The notes below the pieces were generated by a model, which ran no database searches, was not told the origin of the DNA, and worked only from the letters and a program-made list of their open reading frames with translations. The translations under genes and the position numbers were made by a program. 64,000 bases of DNA, taken from assembly GCA_022573815.1 (NCBI GenBank), contig JACZTG010000001.1, forward strand, positions 859 through 64,858, in the 5' to 3' direction. Below, piece after piece: positions 27,185 through 37,113 of this stretch. How positions within the stretch are numbered: the stretch's first letter is position 1; every line of letters starts with the position of its first letter. The stretch comes from Fidelibacterota bacterium (GTDB lineage: Bacteria; Fidelibacterota; SORT01).

Positions 27185-27652
27185 ATGAAAGAGAAATCAT
27201 TTATCATTACTATAGCTTTGTCATTCGTATCATTCTTTTTTAGCTGTGAAAGTGTTATTTACGAAGCACATTCCTTGGAAAATTTCGTCTCCATGACAAC
27301 ACCGAAGGATATTGGTGAATATGAAGTGGTTGGAAAACTAAAATATGATACGAAAGCGGTCTTTCTCGTTCTGCAATTAATAACCATAAGAGACGCGGAA
27401 ATTGATAATGCTATTCAAAAACAGGTGGGGAAATACGAAGGTGATGGTGTAATAAACCTGAAGATTCATGAACAATATAAAATTGTTGATATCATAATTG
27501 CCGCTTTTGTAGGGGGATTGTTAAATACGAGAACTGTGGAAGTAAGAGGCGATATTATAAGGATAAATCCGGCATCCACAGTCGAGATACCTGAATTAAC
27601 TGACCAGATCGAACTTGCAATTCTTGATTATAACGAAGGTGTGGTTAGATAA
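27185..27652 (+). CDS. Small lipoprotein (paralog 2 of 26727-27140)
   Basis: Lipobox FFSCES. GDGVINLKIHEQYKI...TRTVEVRGDIIRI aligns with the previous protein. Confidence 0.4.
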   Translation: MKEKSFIITIALSFVSFFFSCESVIYEAHSLENFVSMTTPKDIGEYEVVGKLKYDTKAVFLVLQLITIRDAEIDNAIQKQVGKYEGDGVINLKIHEQYKIVDIIIAAFVGGLLNTRTVEVRGDIIRINPASTVEIPELTDQIELAILDYNEGVVR

Positions 27653-27692
27653 CCTCACTCAAATAATCAAATCTTTAATTAAAATATTCTAA

Positions 27693-27738
27693 TGTGGCGA
27701 AAATGAACCAGCCTAATAGTCACTAAACAGCATCAAAC
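27693..27738. repeat. Copy 4 of the GTGGCGAAAA...GTCAC...AAACAA motif
   Basis: gtggcgaaaatgaaccagcctaatagtcactaaacagcatcaaaca. Confidence 0.6.
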
Positions 27739-27797
27739 AATGGTAGGGTTCGTGGTGGTTGGGGCTTGCCCCGACACCAGTATTATTAGTTGAATGC

Positions 27798-27830
27798 GGT
27801 CAGGGCAAGCCCTAACCCGCACAAAAAAAT
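27798..27830. repeat. Diverged copy C of the palindromic element (cagggcaagccctaacccgcacaaaaaaa), immediately 3' of the tRNA-Met terminator
   Basis: It shares the GGGCAAG...CCCTAACCCGCACAAA ends with copies A and B. Confidence 0.5.
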
Positions 27831-27862
27831 CCCTGATTTCTTAAGTGAATTCAGGGATTGTG
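27823..27862 (-). terminator. Rho-independent terminator downstream of tRNA-Met (aatccctga-loop-tcagggatt + T7 on the minus strand)
   Basis: Read directly from the sequence. Confidence 0.55.
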
Positions 27863-27877
27863 GTACTATTACTTTCG

Positions 27878-27951
<74 letters not shown>

Positions 27952-28044
27952 ATCATCGGGAAGAATAATATAGCATCGGCTGATTACAGTCAAGCTTTGA
28001 ATTGGGGCTGAAACGAATTTTGAAAGAAAATTCGGTTATAAAGG

Positions 28045-28653
28045 TCAGTTGATGATAGCAGAGCCATGTGTAGCGTCTATGAGTTCTGATCTTAGGTTAT
28101 CCAGTTCGCTGTTTCTTACTGACAGCTGCACAAAAGCTTTGTCTCCCTTGTAGCCTTGACTGATCTCCGCCTTGAAAGCTGAAGCGGTCTTCAGCACAGC
28201 GCTCAGGAGGTTATAGTCCACTAATACCTCTAATTTTGCTCTGGCGATCTGTTCTACGATTTCCGCATTATTGATTAGTTCTTTTACGCAACCGCCGTAA
28301 GCTCTCGCCAATCCACCAACGCCTAATTTAGTACCTCCGTAATAGCGCGTCACCACGGCTAATATGTTAGTTAAGCCGGCGCCTTCCAATACGGCAAGCA
28401 TGGGAGCGCCCGCGGAACCCGACGGTTCTCCGTCATCGCTGGAAATTGCGCGAATATCATCGCCGATACCAATTCTGTATGCGTAGCAGTGATGTGTGGC
28501 ATCGCGCGATTTTTTCCGTATAAGATCGAGATTCGTTTTGACCTCATTTTCATCGTTGATGCGGGTCGCAAAGCCGATGAATTTTGAGCCTTTTTCTTTC
28601 AGGAGCGAATCAGAATCGCCTTTAATTGTGAGGAAGCTGTCTGCTTCGGGCAT
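28045..28653 (-). CDS. yigZ: IMPACT/YigZ-family protein
   Basis: 202 aa. The segment GEPSGSAGAPMLAVLEGAGLTNILAVVTRYYGGTKLGVGGLARAY is typical of UPF0029/IMPACT proteins. Confidence 0.65.
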   Translation of the reverse strand: MPEADSFLTIKGDSDSLLKEKGSKFIGFATRINDENEVKTNLDLIRKKSRDATHHCYAYRIGIGDDIRAISSDDGEPSGSAGAPMLAVLEGAGLTNILAVVTRYYGGTKLGVGGLARAYGGCVKELINNAEIVEQIARAKLEVLVDYNLLSAVLKTASAFKAEISQGYKGDKAFVQLSVRNSELDNLRSELIDATHGSAIIN

Positions 28654-28656
28654 AGA

Positions 28657-30378
28657 TTATCGCAGAAGAGTAAACTTACCGTTAATCTCCACTTCATCTC
28701 CCGAAATGCGGAAGAAATAAATGCCGCTGGCCAGGTTATCGGCGGGCGAATAGACTATTCTGTTCTCGCCTTTCAAGAAAAAACCCTTCGTTTGCCGATG
28801 GACAGTCTGGCCGAGCAGATTATAGACGGTGAATGTTATATCAGTATTATCGGCTTTGAGCTCAAATGTAATGTCTGTTTGTGTCTTAAATGGATTCGGA
28901 TAGAGCGCAATCAGGTTTGCGGGAGGAGCGCCTGTGATAGCCACTTCAAGGCTGTAAGTTTCTCGAACCGATCCACCGTCTCCTTCTATCGAACCATTAC
29001 TGACGGCAACAATTAATCCTTCGATATTGCTGACTTCATTCACATTCACAGCTGAACCGGGATTTAAAAAGGTAATATCCGGCGGACCGGCGGTTAAAGT
29101 CGTACTCCAGACATTTGGATTTCCGGCAGCCGTAAATGCCGCTTTAATTCGCGCATCATCAATGGGAATGAACCTGTTTATCCGAAACGAGAGTTCTTCT
29201 AAGCCGAAAAACGGTATATTCAGTACGGAACCCGAGAAAGTCGTATCACTGTAAGGTTCTAACTCAGGATATAATTCTCCCTCTTCAAAAAATGCGCCGG
29301 GTACTTTCCTGCTTCCTGTGAACCAGTTCCAGATAGCGAATTTACCCCATGCAGCCTTCAGACCGCCTTCGGGTTCATATGCGGCATTTTCTTTAAGCGC
29401 CAGGTCTAAAGCAATCTCAGCTTTGTTCGTAAGCATTTTTTCCCATGCGCCTCTGATTACATGAGCATCATAATTCTCTTGAATAAACTTCCCGAATATC
29501 GCCACATTGAAGCCGTTTGTATAATGTAATCCCTTATCGGTATCTGAATAATAAAACTCGATATATTGCAAATAATCGTTTATTGAGTCATAACCCAGGT
29601 CTTCAATCCAGGTTGCTGTGAGCTCAAAAAACCAGACATCGTTTGGTCTGAAAGTGTACCCGAGTTGGAATACATGAAAGAGTTCGTGAACAGCGGTTAC
29701 GCGCATGCCGTCTAAACCGTTGGAAAAATAGATGCTTTCGCTGAAATCATCATCCATCTCAATAAATGTTATGCTTGGCGCATTTTGAGCGAAGCCTGTA
29801 TCATCGACAGCATATGTAGTGCCGTAAGCCAAGGTAGGAGATAACTCCCTTATGAATACATCAATTTGATCACCGTCAATAGTGTCAACGGGAGGTATCT
29901 GATATCCGAGTGAATCAACAAACATACTCCAACCTCTTTCATATGCGCGACCCGTATAAAAAATCCAGTCCGGTACCGCATTTCCTAAGAGATTAGTCGT
30001 ATCAACTGCATTGACTCCTGTGGTATCATAATGGATTTTAAAATGTCCTTCTTCCGTTTTATAACTTGCCTGCGACAGCGGTCTGCCCTTGGCAAATGTT
30101 TTAGCGGACTTTTCGAGCGAACTTGAATGTTTTATCGCTTCAACCTGAATAGGGAAGAGACATTTGATATTACTTTCTCCCGCTTCAGGGGAATATTGTC
30201 CGGATTGCAATGCGGAATACAATGATTTGACCTTTGAAGAATAAACTTTTTTGTCTATCTCACCGGTTTGGTAACGTAGTTTCAATTTAGTGTAAACATC
30301 CTGAGCAAAGAGATCAGATCGGCTAATTCCAAGAAATTGTACCGCTAAATATAATATAATAATAGTCTTCATAGTCAA
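28657..30378 (-). CDS. Secreted HExxH-type metallopeptidase-like protein with a type IX secretion (Por) C-terminal sorting domain
   Basis: Signal peptide. VTAVHELFHVFQ carries the HExxH motif. The C-terminal ~80 aa (...GIYFFRISGDEVEINGKFTLLR) match the T9SS CTD pattern. Confidence 0.5.
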   Translation of the reverse strand: MTMKTIIILYLAVQFLGISRSDLFAQDVYTKLKLRYQTGEIDKKVYSSKVKSLYSALQSGQYSPEAGESNIKCLFPIQVEAIKHSSSLEKSAKTFAKGRPLSQASYKTEEGHFKIHYDTTGVNAVDTTNLLGNAVPDWIFYTGRAYERGWSMFVDSLGYQIPPVDTIDGDQIDVFIRELSPTLAYGTTYAVDDTGFAQNAPSITFIEMDDDFSESIYFSNGLDGMRVTAVHELFHVFQLGYTFRPNDVWFFELTATWIEDLGYDSINDYLQYIEFYYSDTDKGLHYTNGFNVAIFGKFIQENYDAHVIRGAWEKMLTNKAEIALDLALKENAAYEPEGGLKAAWGKFAIWNWFTGSRKVPGAFFEEGELYPELEPYSDTTFSGSVLNIPFFGLEELSFRINRFIPIDDARIKAAFTAAGNPNVWSTTLTAGPPDITFLNPGSAVNVNEVSNIEGLIVAVSNGSIEGDGGSVRETYSLEVAITGAPPANLIALYPNPFKTQTDITFELKADNTDITFTVYNLLGQTVHRQTKGFFLKGENRIVYSPADNLASGIYFFRISGDEVEINGKFTLLR

Positions 30379-30524
30379 TAGTTAGTTGGGTAAAGTTAAA
30401 CAAGAATAAGTATTTAATCAATTACGCGAATTTAAGAGTTTGAGACCTTGTAATATCAATTTTTCGGATTAAATTTAATTCGCCTTAACATAATTAACGA
30501 AATTAATATAGGTGAAATATTACT

Positions 30525-31142
30525 TTGATGAAAATATTAACTCTGTCTCTTTCAATTATTTTTTTTCTTATGAATTCGGGTTGTGAATCAGATTCGGAAA
30601 CGGTAATGTTGAAGATGGAAACAGAGCTGGGGGAAATAACGATTGAGATATATCTCGATAAAGCGCCCATCACCGCTCTGAATTTTCTGAAATACGTTGA
30701 CGACGGAGTGTTTAAGAATTCCAAATTTTACAGGGTTGTAAGAGATGACAACCAACCTGATAATGATGTAACAATTGATGTGATTCAAGGCGGGCTCTCC
30801 ACGGAAGAGGAAATGTATCCGCCGATTGAGCATGAAACCACGTTAAAAACAGGAATCAGACATAAAGACGGCGCGATTTCAATGGCGAGACTTGAACCGG
30901 GCACCGCTACGTCGGAGTTTTTCATATGTGTGGGCGACCAACCTGAACTTGATTTCGGAGGTCATCGCAATCCGGATGGACAGGGATTTGCGGCTTTCGG
31001 AAAAGTAGTTGAAGGAATGGAGGTTGTGAGAAAAATCCATCAGCAGCCTGTAGATGGACAGATATTGAATCCTGAAATATTAATTGTAAACCTGACGCGT
31101 CTTGAACGGGCAGGAACTCAAATTAGAAGTAAGTATTATTAA
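30525..31142 (+). CDS. Cyclophilin-type peptidyl-prolyl cis-trans isomerase (lipoprotein)
   Basis: FYRVV...GAISMARLEPGTATSEFFICVGDQPELDF is a cyclophilin signature. Lipobox NSGC. Confidence 0.7.
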   Translation: MMKILTLSLSIIFFLMNSGCESDSETVMLKMETELGEITIEIYLDKAPITALNFLKYVDDGVFKNSKFYRVVRDDNQPDNDVTIDVIQGGLSTEEEMYPPIEHETTLKTGIRHKDGAISMARLEPGTATSEFFICVGDQPELDFGGHRNPDGQGFAAFGKVVEGMEVVRKIHQQPVDGQILNPEILIVNLTRLERAGTQIRSKYY

Positions 31143-31241
31143 TCGTATAAAAAGTAGAATAATTTACTTGCGTTACCCTAAAAGAGTTATTAGATTTTTT
31201 CGTAATTATAAACTGAGTGACTAAAATGTGGAATAAAATAT

Positions 31242-32264
31242 ATGGCAATTAAAGTGGGAATAAACGGATTCGGCAGAATAGGACGTTCAGTCGTAAGAGC
31301 CGCAAAACTCATACGTAAAGCGGATTTTGATTTTGTAGCGATAAATGACCTTACGGATCCTTCAAAACTTTGTACAGTACTGAAATATGATTCTGTTCAC
31401 GGAACTTATCCCGGAGAAGTGATAATTGACGATGGTGATCTGTCGGTTGATGGCGATAAAATTAAAATGGTTTCAGAAAAAGATCCGGCGAATCTTCCGT
31501 GGGGAGAACTTGGAGTTGAGATAGTTGTTGAATCTACCGGTCTTTTTCGAGAAAGGTCTCAATTGGAGAAGCATCTGAGCGCAGGCGCGAAAAAGGTCAT
31601 TCTTACAGTTCCTCCTAAAGACGATATAGATGCAACTATAGTTCTCGGTGTTAACGATGATATATTGACAGGTGACGAGAAAATTGTCTCCAACGCCTCT
31701 TGCACAACAAATTGCGCGGCGTCTGTCACAAAAGTCATCCATGAAGCATTTAATATCAAGAAAGGATTTCTAAGTACGATACACGCTTACACGATGGATC
31801 AAAAGCTGTTAGACTCTCCTCATCCGGATATGCGAAGAGCAAGGGCTGCATCACTTTCGATAATTCCTACTTCCACAGGAGCTGCCAAAACACTTGGAGT
31901 TGTTCTTCCGAGCCTTGCCGGAAAAATTGACGGAATGTCCTTCAGAGTTCCAATTCCTGACGGTTCTATCGTTGACCTGATATTTGTAATAGAAAAATCA
32001 ACAACTGTTGAAGAGATAAATAAAGTTATGAAGGAAGCAGCGGAAGGCGAAATGAAAGGGATTATCGAGTATACGGAAGATCCCATTGTTTCTGTGGATA
32101 TTACAGGAAACGTTAATTCTGCCATATTTGACGCCGGTTTGACTCGCGCAATGGATGATAAATTCATTAAAGTATCGGCATGGTATGATAATGAAATGGG
32201 TTATGCTTGCAGAGTGGTGGACCTGATCACAAAGCTTCATTCGCTGTCAGCGGGAAGCGCTTAA
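31242..32264 (+). CDS. gap: Glyceraldehyde-3-phosphate dehydrogenase (type I)
   Basis: INGFGRIGR is the NAD-binding motif and SNASCTTNC carries the active-site Cys. 340 aa. Confidence 0.85.
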   Translation: MAIKVGINGFGRIGRSVVRAAKLIRKADFDFVAINDLTDPSKLCTVLKYDSVHGTYPGEVIIDDGDLSVDGDKIKMVSEKDPANLPWGELGVEIVVESTGLFRERSQLEKHLSAGAKKVILTVPPKDDIDATIVLGVNDDILTGDEKIVSNASCTTNCAASVTKVIHEAFNIKKGFLSTIHAYTMDQKLLDSPHPDMRRARAASLSIIPTSTGAAKTLGVVLPSLAGKIDGMSFRVPIPDGSIVDLIFVIEKSTTVEEINKVMKEAAEGEMKGIIEYTEDPIVSVDITGNVNSAIFDAGLTRAMDDKFIKVSAWYDNEMGYACRVVDLITKLHSLSAGSA

Positions 32265-33091
32265 TTTCTTGCGCGAAGAATTGTTTGTTTTTTAACGATG
32301 CCTTCTTTATTGATTATAGCCCTGCTGACCCATGTATTTCTCGGTCCTAAGGGAGGGAGTAATTGTTCATCAAGATAGATAGCGACAGATCTGGTTTTAC
32401 TGATTCTCAAAGAAAATTGGTCGTTAGCCTTCCAGGTACGTTCCTCTCCAAGTCTTTGGAAAGTAATATCATCGGGTTCTCCATCATCGGTAATAACTAC
32501 GACCCGAACGCGCACGCTGTCCATAGACATAATCCGCAGGGACATTGGGACGGGAGTAACGAACTCTACAGCATCTATAGAATCGGAAACAACGGAATCT
32601 GCGGCGGCTAAGGTGTCAGAAATAATAGATGACTTATCGGAGGACGAAACATCCCCACTCTCTACGGATTCTTCAAAAGAAGTTTTTATCGGTTCTTCAA
32701 CACCGCAAAATTTTACAGAGACCAATAATATTCCGAAAACTATGACAATTCCAGCCCACATAAGTCGCGGTGTAAATTTTGAATCTGAGTCGTCGCCGGA
32801 TTTAGTATCGCCTTCGGCAAGCTCGCGTCTGGCTCTGCGTTTTTCCTTTGGTAATTGTTCCGCCGCCCTGAAGAGGCGATATCTCCTGGCTGCATCATCA
32901 GGATCCATCCCTATTTCTTTGGCATAAGCTCTGATGAAAAGTACAATATACGGTTCAGGCAACACTTCATATTCGCCGGATTCAACAGCGTGCAGGTATA
33001 TCGGATTTATTTTGGTAACGCTTGCGATATCCTCAATTGAGAGACCTCGTGCAAGTCTGCTTTCGCGTAACTCTTCATAGAAATTTGCCAT
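32261..33091 (-). CDS. RodZ-like protein (N-terminal HTH, transmembrane segment, C-terminal domain)
   Basis: The HTH region is RLARGLSIEDIASVTKINPIYLHAVESGEY. A central hydrophobic helix and a low-complexity linker follow. Confidence 0.45.
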   Translation of the reverse strand: MANFYEELRESRLARGLSIEDIASVTKINPIYLHAVESGEYEVLPEPYIVLFIRAYAKEIGMDPDDAARRYRLFRAAEQLPKEKRRARRELAEGDTKSGDDSDSKFTPRLMWAGIVIVFGILLVSVKFCGVEEPIKTSFEESVESGDVSSSDKSSIISDTLAAADSVVSDSIDAVEFVTPVPMSLRIMSMDSVRVRVVVITDDGEPDDITFQRLGEERTWKANDQFSLRISKTRSVAIYLDEQLLPPLGPRNTWVSRAIINKEGIVKKQTILRARN

Positions 33092-33205
33092 TAAAACGAT
33101 TACTCCGTGTATGAAAGATGAATAATACTGAACCCTTTATTGAGAGTCAAATATAAAATATATGATGACGATTATATCAATACCGATTAACTTGGCTGAT
33201 AGCTT

Positions 33206-35371
33206 ATGAAGGGTCGTTTGAACATAGCTTTTCTTATTCACTATCACCAACCTTACTATGCCGCTCCGGATGATATGACAAATTCGCAGCCTTGGGTGAG
33301 GCTTCATGCAGCGCGGGATTACCTGAATATCGGGTCGCTCTTAAAACAATATCCAAACATCAGAGTTACATTCAGTTTTAGTTCTTCCCTTCTTGAGCAG
33401 CTAAAAGAATATTCAGATAACGAATATCAGGACAGGTTTCAGCAGCTTACGATAAAAGACCCCGGCAAAATGAACCTTGAAGAAAAAGAATTTCTATTAT
33501 CCAATATTTTTGATCTCTATTCTACCAAATCAGGAATTGATTTTCCCGGATGGAATAAATTAAGCAATATCTGGGCCGAAAGGGTCCAAGCGTACGGGGT
33601 TGAAAAGGCTGTTGAACAAACTTCGGACGGCGAGCTGCTTGACGCTCAGGTTCTTCACCTGCTCAGCTGGAGTGGTTGGGATATAATCCAAACAGAATCT
33701 ATCCGGGATCTATTGACAAAAACCGATAAGTTTACAGAGAATGATAAGGAAATAATCTTAGCTGTTCACAGTGATGTTTTGAAGCAAATTATTCCAATGT
33801 TCAATGAATTATCAGATTCCGGGCAAGCGGAATTAGCTATGTCACCATACTATAATCCAATACTGCCGCTTCTGATAGACAACGATTACGGTAAAATCGC
33901 TGATCGTTATTGTGATGAATCATCACTTCATTTCGCTCATCCCGAAGATGCATTATATCAGATACATAGCGCATTGAATTTTTGCAATACACGGTTTGGC
34001 GATATCCCGAACGGAATGTGGCTGCCTGAAGGATCAGTATGTTATGAAACTCTTGAGCATGCAGCGAAAGAAGGTCTTAAATGGTTGATAAGTGACGATC
34101 AGGTGTTGAGTCACACGCTTAAGGAACAGATGTCCGATGAAAAAAAATACCAAGCACACAAGATTAACGGAATTGAAAATTGTCCAGCGCTATTTTTTAG
34201 ATCTTCTGAATTATCCGATGCAATATCATTCAATTATTCGAAGCTTTCGCCGGAGCAAGCGGTAAAGGAACTGATACGGAATTTGGAGGAAATCCGAGAA
34301 TCTCTTTCCGGTGACGAAACGGAATACCTTGTAACGATAGTCTTGGACGGTGAAAATAGTTGGGAATATTATCCTAAGAATGGTTACCTGTTTTTTAACG
34401 AGCTCTTCTCCGTATTGAGCGAATCTGACACCTTAAAAACGATCTCATTTGATGAATACCTTAAAAACACCGCTGATATTCAGCAGCTGGAAACGCTCTC
34501 CCCCGGTTCAAGTGTGGATTGCAATTTTAATTCCTGGATAGGTCAGGAGCAAACCAATAGGGCATGGGATGTTCTTGCCGAAGCGAGAGAAGTTCTGAAA
34601 GAAGCAAAGCAGATGGATAACGTGGATAAAGAACCGTTTAAGGGAATGTATAACGCTGCGCATAAACATTTAATGGCCGCTGAAGGCGCTGATTGGTTCT
34701 GGTGGTATGGAAAGAACCGTTTTTTATCACATTCCATCTTGTTTGATAATCTGTTCAGAGCTCATTTGCAGAAGGTTTACTCCTATCTGAATCTGCCCGT
34801 GCCGGACGGTATATCGGAACCCCTTGAATCAAGTATCTCCGAAGAAGAGGCTCCGCCCGAAGCTGAATTTTCTCCGGAGATAGATGGAATAGAAACCGAA
34901 AGCGATGAATGGCAGTATGCAGGGCACCTCAAATTAGAAGAAAGCACGGGTAATCACGCTTCTCATATAATAAAGGGGGTCAAATATGGCTTTGACACTG
35001 ATTATATCTATCTGAGGCTTGATGGAGATATGGGAATTTTGAAATCAACCGAAGAATCGGTCAGAATAGAACTATGCGTTGTAAAACCAATTGAAGTCGT
35101 AATAAGTATCCCTCTTTCAGAAAATACGGGAAAGATTCAATTGGTCTCCCATAATGTGCAAAAGGAACTATCAGAAGGGAAGGTTGCATTTCAAGAGTTT
35201 ATTGAAATTAAGATACCTATGGATGATTTGAGTATGAATTTGGATGAAAAATTTTATTTCTTTATCAGATTGAAATCAGAAGATAAAGAACTGGAAAGAT
35301 TACCTCTGCAAGGCGTAATAAAGGCGAATTTCTCTTTTTCCAAAGAAAATAATTTAAGAAGGTATCAGTAA
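33206..35371 (+). CDS. Glycoside hydrolase family 57 enzyme (alpha-glucan-active)
   Basis: The N-terminal NIAFLIHYHQPYY has the GH57 H-Q-P signature. 721 aa. Confidence 0.55.
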   Translation: MKGRLNIAFLIHYHQPYYAAPDDMTNSQPWVRLHAARDYLNIGSLLKQYPNIRVTFSFSSSLLEQLKEYSDNEYQDRFQQLTIKDPGKMNLEEKEFLLSNIFDLYSTKSGIDFPGWNKLSNIWAERVQAYGVEKAVEQTSDGELLDAQVLHLLSWSGWDIIQTESIRDLLTKTDKFTENDKEIILAVHSDVLKQIIPMFNELSDSGQAELAMSPYYNPILPLLIDNDYGKIADRYCDESSLHFAHPEDALYQIHSALNFCNTRFGDIPNGMWLPEGSVCYETLEHAAKEGLKWLISDDQVLSHTLKEQMSDEKKYQAHKINGIENCPALFFRSSELSDAISFNYSKLSPEQAVKELIRNLEEIRESLSGDETEYLVTIVLDGENSWEYYPKNGYLFFNELFSVLSESDTLKTISFDEYLKNTADIQQLETLSPGSSVDCNFNSWIGQEQTNRAWDVLAEAREVLKEAKQMDNVDKEPFKGMYNAAHKHLMAAEGADWFWWYGKNRFLSHSILFDNLFRAHLQKVYSYLNLPVPDGISEPLESSISEEEAPPEAEFSPEIDGIETESDEWQYAGHLKLEESTGNHASHIIKGVKYGFDTDYIYLRLDGDMGILKSTEESVRIELCVVKPIEVVISIPLSENTGKIQLVSHNVQKELSEGKVAFQEFIEIKIPMDDLSMNLDEKFYFFIRLKSEDKELERLPLQGVIKANFSFSKENNLRRYQ

Positions 35372-35488
35372 AGAACAAAAGTGGGGAAGGCTAATCTTGC
35401 AATAGGGCTCCATTGTCACCAACCTGTGCACAAAAAGATTCTGATCGGCTTCGCATGCATAAGTTACTATAAATTACATTGATTTATC

Positions 35489-36232
35489 TTGGATAGTATT
35501 ACGTCAAATAATTTAGAAGACACAGGCGAACGGATGATTCCCCCTCAAAAAGGGGAATTAAGCGTAGTTTATGAACATCACAAATATGCTTATGAAGAAA
35601 CACTACAATATGTAACTGATAAGATCGTCTTAGATGTTGGATGCGGCACAGGATATGGCGTAAAAATTTGTTCAGAAACTGCTAAATTCGTAGTCGGCTT
35701 AGATTATGATTTATCTGCCGTCAAATATTGTAATGATAATTTTGCTACTGAGAACAACTCATTCATAAACTCAAATGCTTTATTATTATCTATTGGAACT
35801 GATTCTTTTGATGTAGCCATCACATTCCAGGTCATAGAGCATATTTCTGATTCTTTAAAATTTATTGAAGAGCTGAAGAGGGTTGTAAAACCCTCCGGTT
35901 TAATAATTATTTCAACGCCAAACGTCACTGACTCCGCAAAGAGGAAATTTGGTAATCCATTTCATATAAATGAGATGGGATATGACGATCTTGAGGATCT
36001 ATTAAGAAAATCATTTGAGTCCTTTGAGATATTCGGGCACACCTACAAATCTCAGGGTACTTTAATGAAAATGATACGAAAACTCCCATTGTATAAAATA
36101 GGCGCTTGGTTCAGGAGGAGCAGTATTATTAAAAAACAAGTCTCCAAATCATTAGGAATGACAAAGTTTAGAACGGTTCGAGACAACGTTGAAAATTCAA
36201 TGGATCTTTACGCTGTTTGTAAAAATGAATGA
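35489..36232 (+). CDS. Class I SAM-dependent methyltransferase
   Basis: VLDVGCGTGYG is motif I. TTG start; an internal ATG (MIPPQKG) is also possible. Confidence 0.55.
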   Translation: MDSITSNNLEDTGERMIPPQKGELSVVYEHHKYAYEETLQYVTDKIVLDVGCGTGYGVKICSETAKFVVGLDYDLSAVKYCNDNFATENNSFINSNALLLSIGTDSFDVAITFQVIEHISDSLKFIEELKRVVKPSGLIIISTPNVTDSAKRKFGNPFHINEMGYDDLEDLLRKSFESFEIFGHTYKSQGTLMKMIRKLPLYKIGAWFRRSSIIKKQVSKSLGMTKFRTVRDNVENSMDLYAVCKNE

Positions 36233-36252
36233 ACTGCTAAAGCCAAGAAAAG

Positions 36253-36858
36253 TTATTCGCTTAAACTCAGTCGCTTCCGATTGTCAGGATCGATCATCAT
36301 CTCATAAAAGCGGGTAAGCGGGAATCCCATTACATTATTATAACAGCCTTCTATTTTTTGAACAAATAACGCTCCCGAGTCTTGAATCCCATAAGCTCCG
36401 GCTTTATCAAGCGGTTTTGCCGTATCAACGTATAACATAATCTCTTTTTCGCTGAGCGCCCTGAAATAAACTTTAGTCTGCACATAATCTGTGATAGAAT
36501 ATGATGAGGGAGTTGACAATATAAAAATCGCCGTTAAAACGGTGTGCATTTTCCCGCTGAGTTCTCTCAACATATTTATCGCTTCGTCCCGGCCGGCAGG
36601 TTTCCCGATTACTCTGTCCCCCAATGCCACGATTGTATCCGCGCTGATTATAATGCCATCCTCAACTTTCTCGGCAATTGACCTTCCTTTTGATTCCGCC
36701 AATTTCTGAATTAAGTGGATTATCGATGAATCCGTTACCTCATCTTCATTGATCTTCGGAGGAATAACTTCAGGTTCCAAGCCTATCTGCCTAAGAAGTT
36801 GTAGTCGTCGTGGTGACTCTGATGCAAGAACGAGTCGGCGATTAATTTTTAGTAGCAT
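36253..36858 (-). CDS. maf: Maf-family nucleoside triphosphate pyrophosphatase
   Basis: The N-terminus is RLVLASESPRRLQLLRQIGL. Confidence 0.7.
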   Translation of the reverse strand: MLLKINRRLVLASESPRRLQLLRQIGLEPEVIPPKINEDEVTDSSIIHLIQKLAESKGRSIAEKVEDGIIISADTIVALGDRVIGKPAGRDEAINMLRELSGKMHTVLTAIFILSTPSSYSITDYVQTKVYFRALSEKEIMLYVDTAKPLDKAGAYGIQDSGALFVQKIEGCYNNVMGFPLTRFYEMMIDPDNRKRLSLSE

Positions 36859-36868
36859 TGAAACAGAA

Positions 36869-37057
36869 TTAACTTTTTAAGATTCGTAGAAGTTTCTTCT
36901 TGTTGATTTTATGCTTGAAAGCGATCTCCCCGTCAATTTCGATAACAGGGATTTCAATATCGAATTTCTTCATAAGTTCTTCGTCTTGAGTAATATCAAT
37001 GGAGCTGAATTGGAAGTCCGCTTCTTCAGCTGCATGCTCAATTATATTCAGAGCCAC
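36869..37057 (-). CDS. Glutaredoxin-like small protein (YruB/DUF836-like). The annotated ORF looks N-terminally truncated relative to the conserved CxxC motif.
   Basis: The 62-aa ORF starts at GTG. The in-frame upstream translation ...TDIYHTVKFYTKEGCHLCD is Grx-like but has no ATG/GTG/TTG before the CxxC. It is bounded by a TGA at 37136-37138. Confidence 0.4.
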   Translation of the reverse strand: MALNIIEHAAEEADFQFSSIDITQDEELMKKFDIEIPVIEIDGEIAFKHKINKKKLLRILKS

Positions 37058-37113
37058 GTCGCACAGGTGACATCCTTCTTTCGTATAAAATTTAACGGTG
37101 TGATAAATATCAG

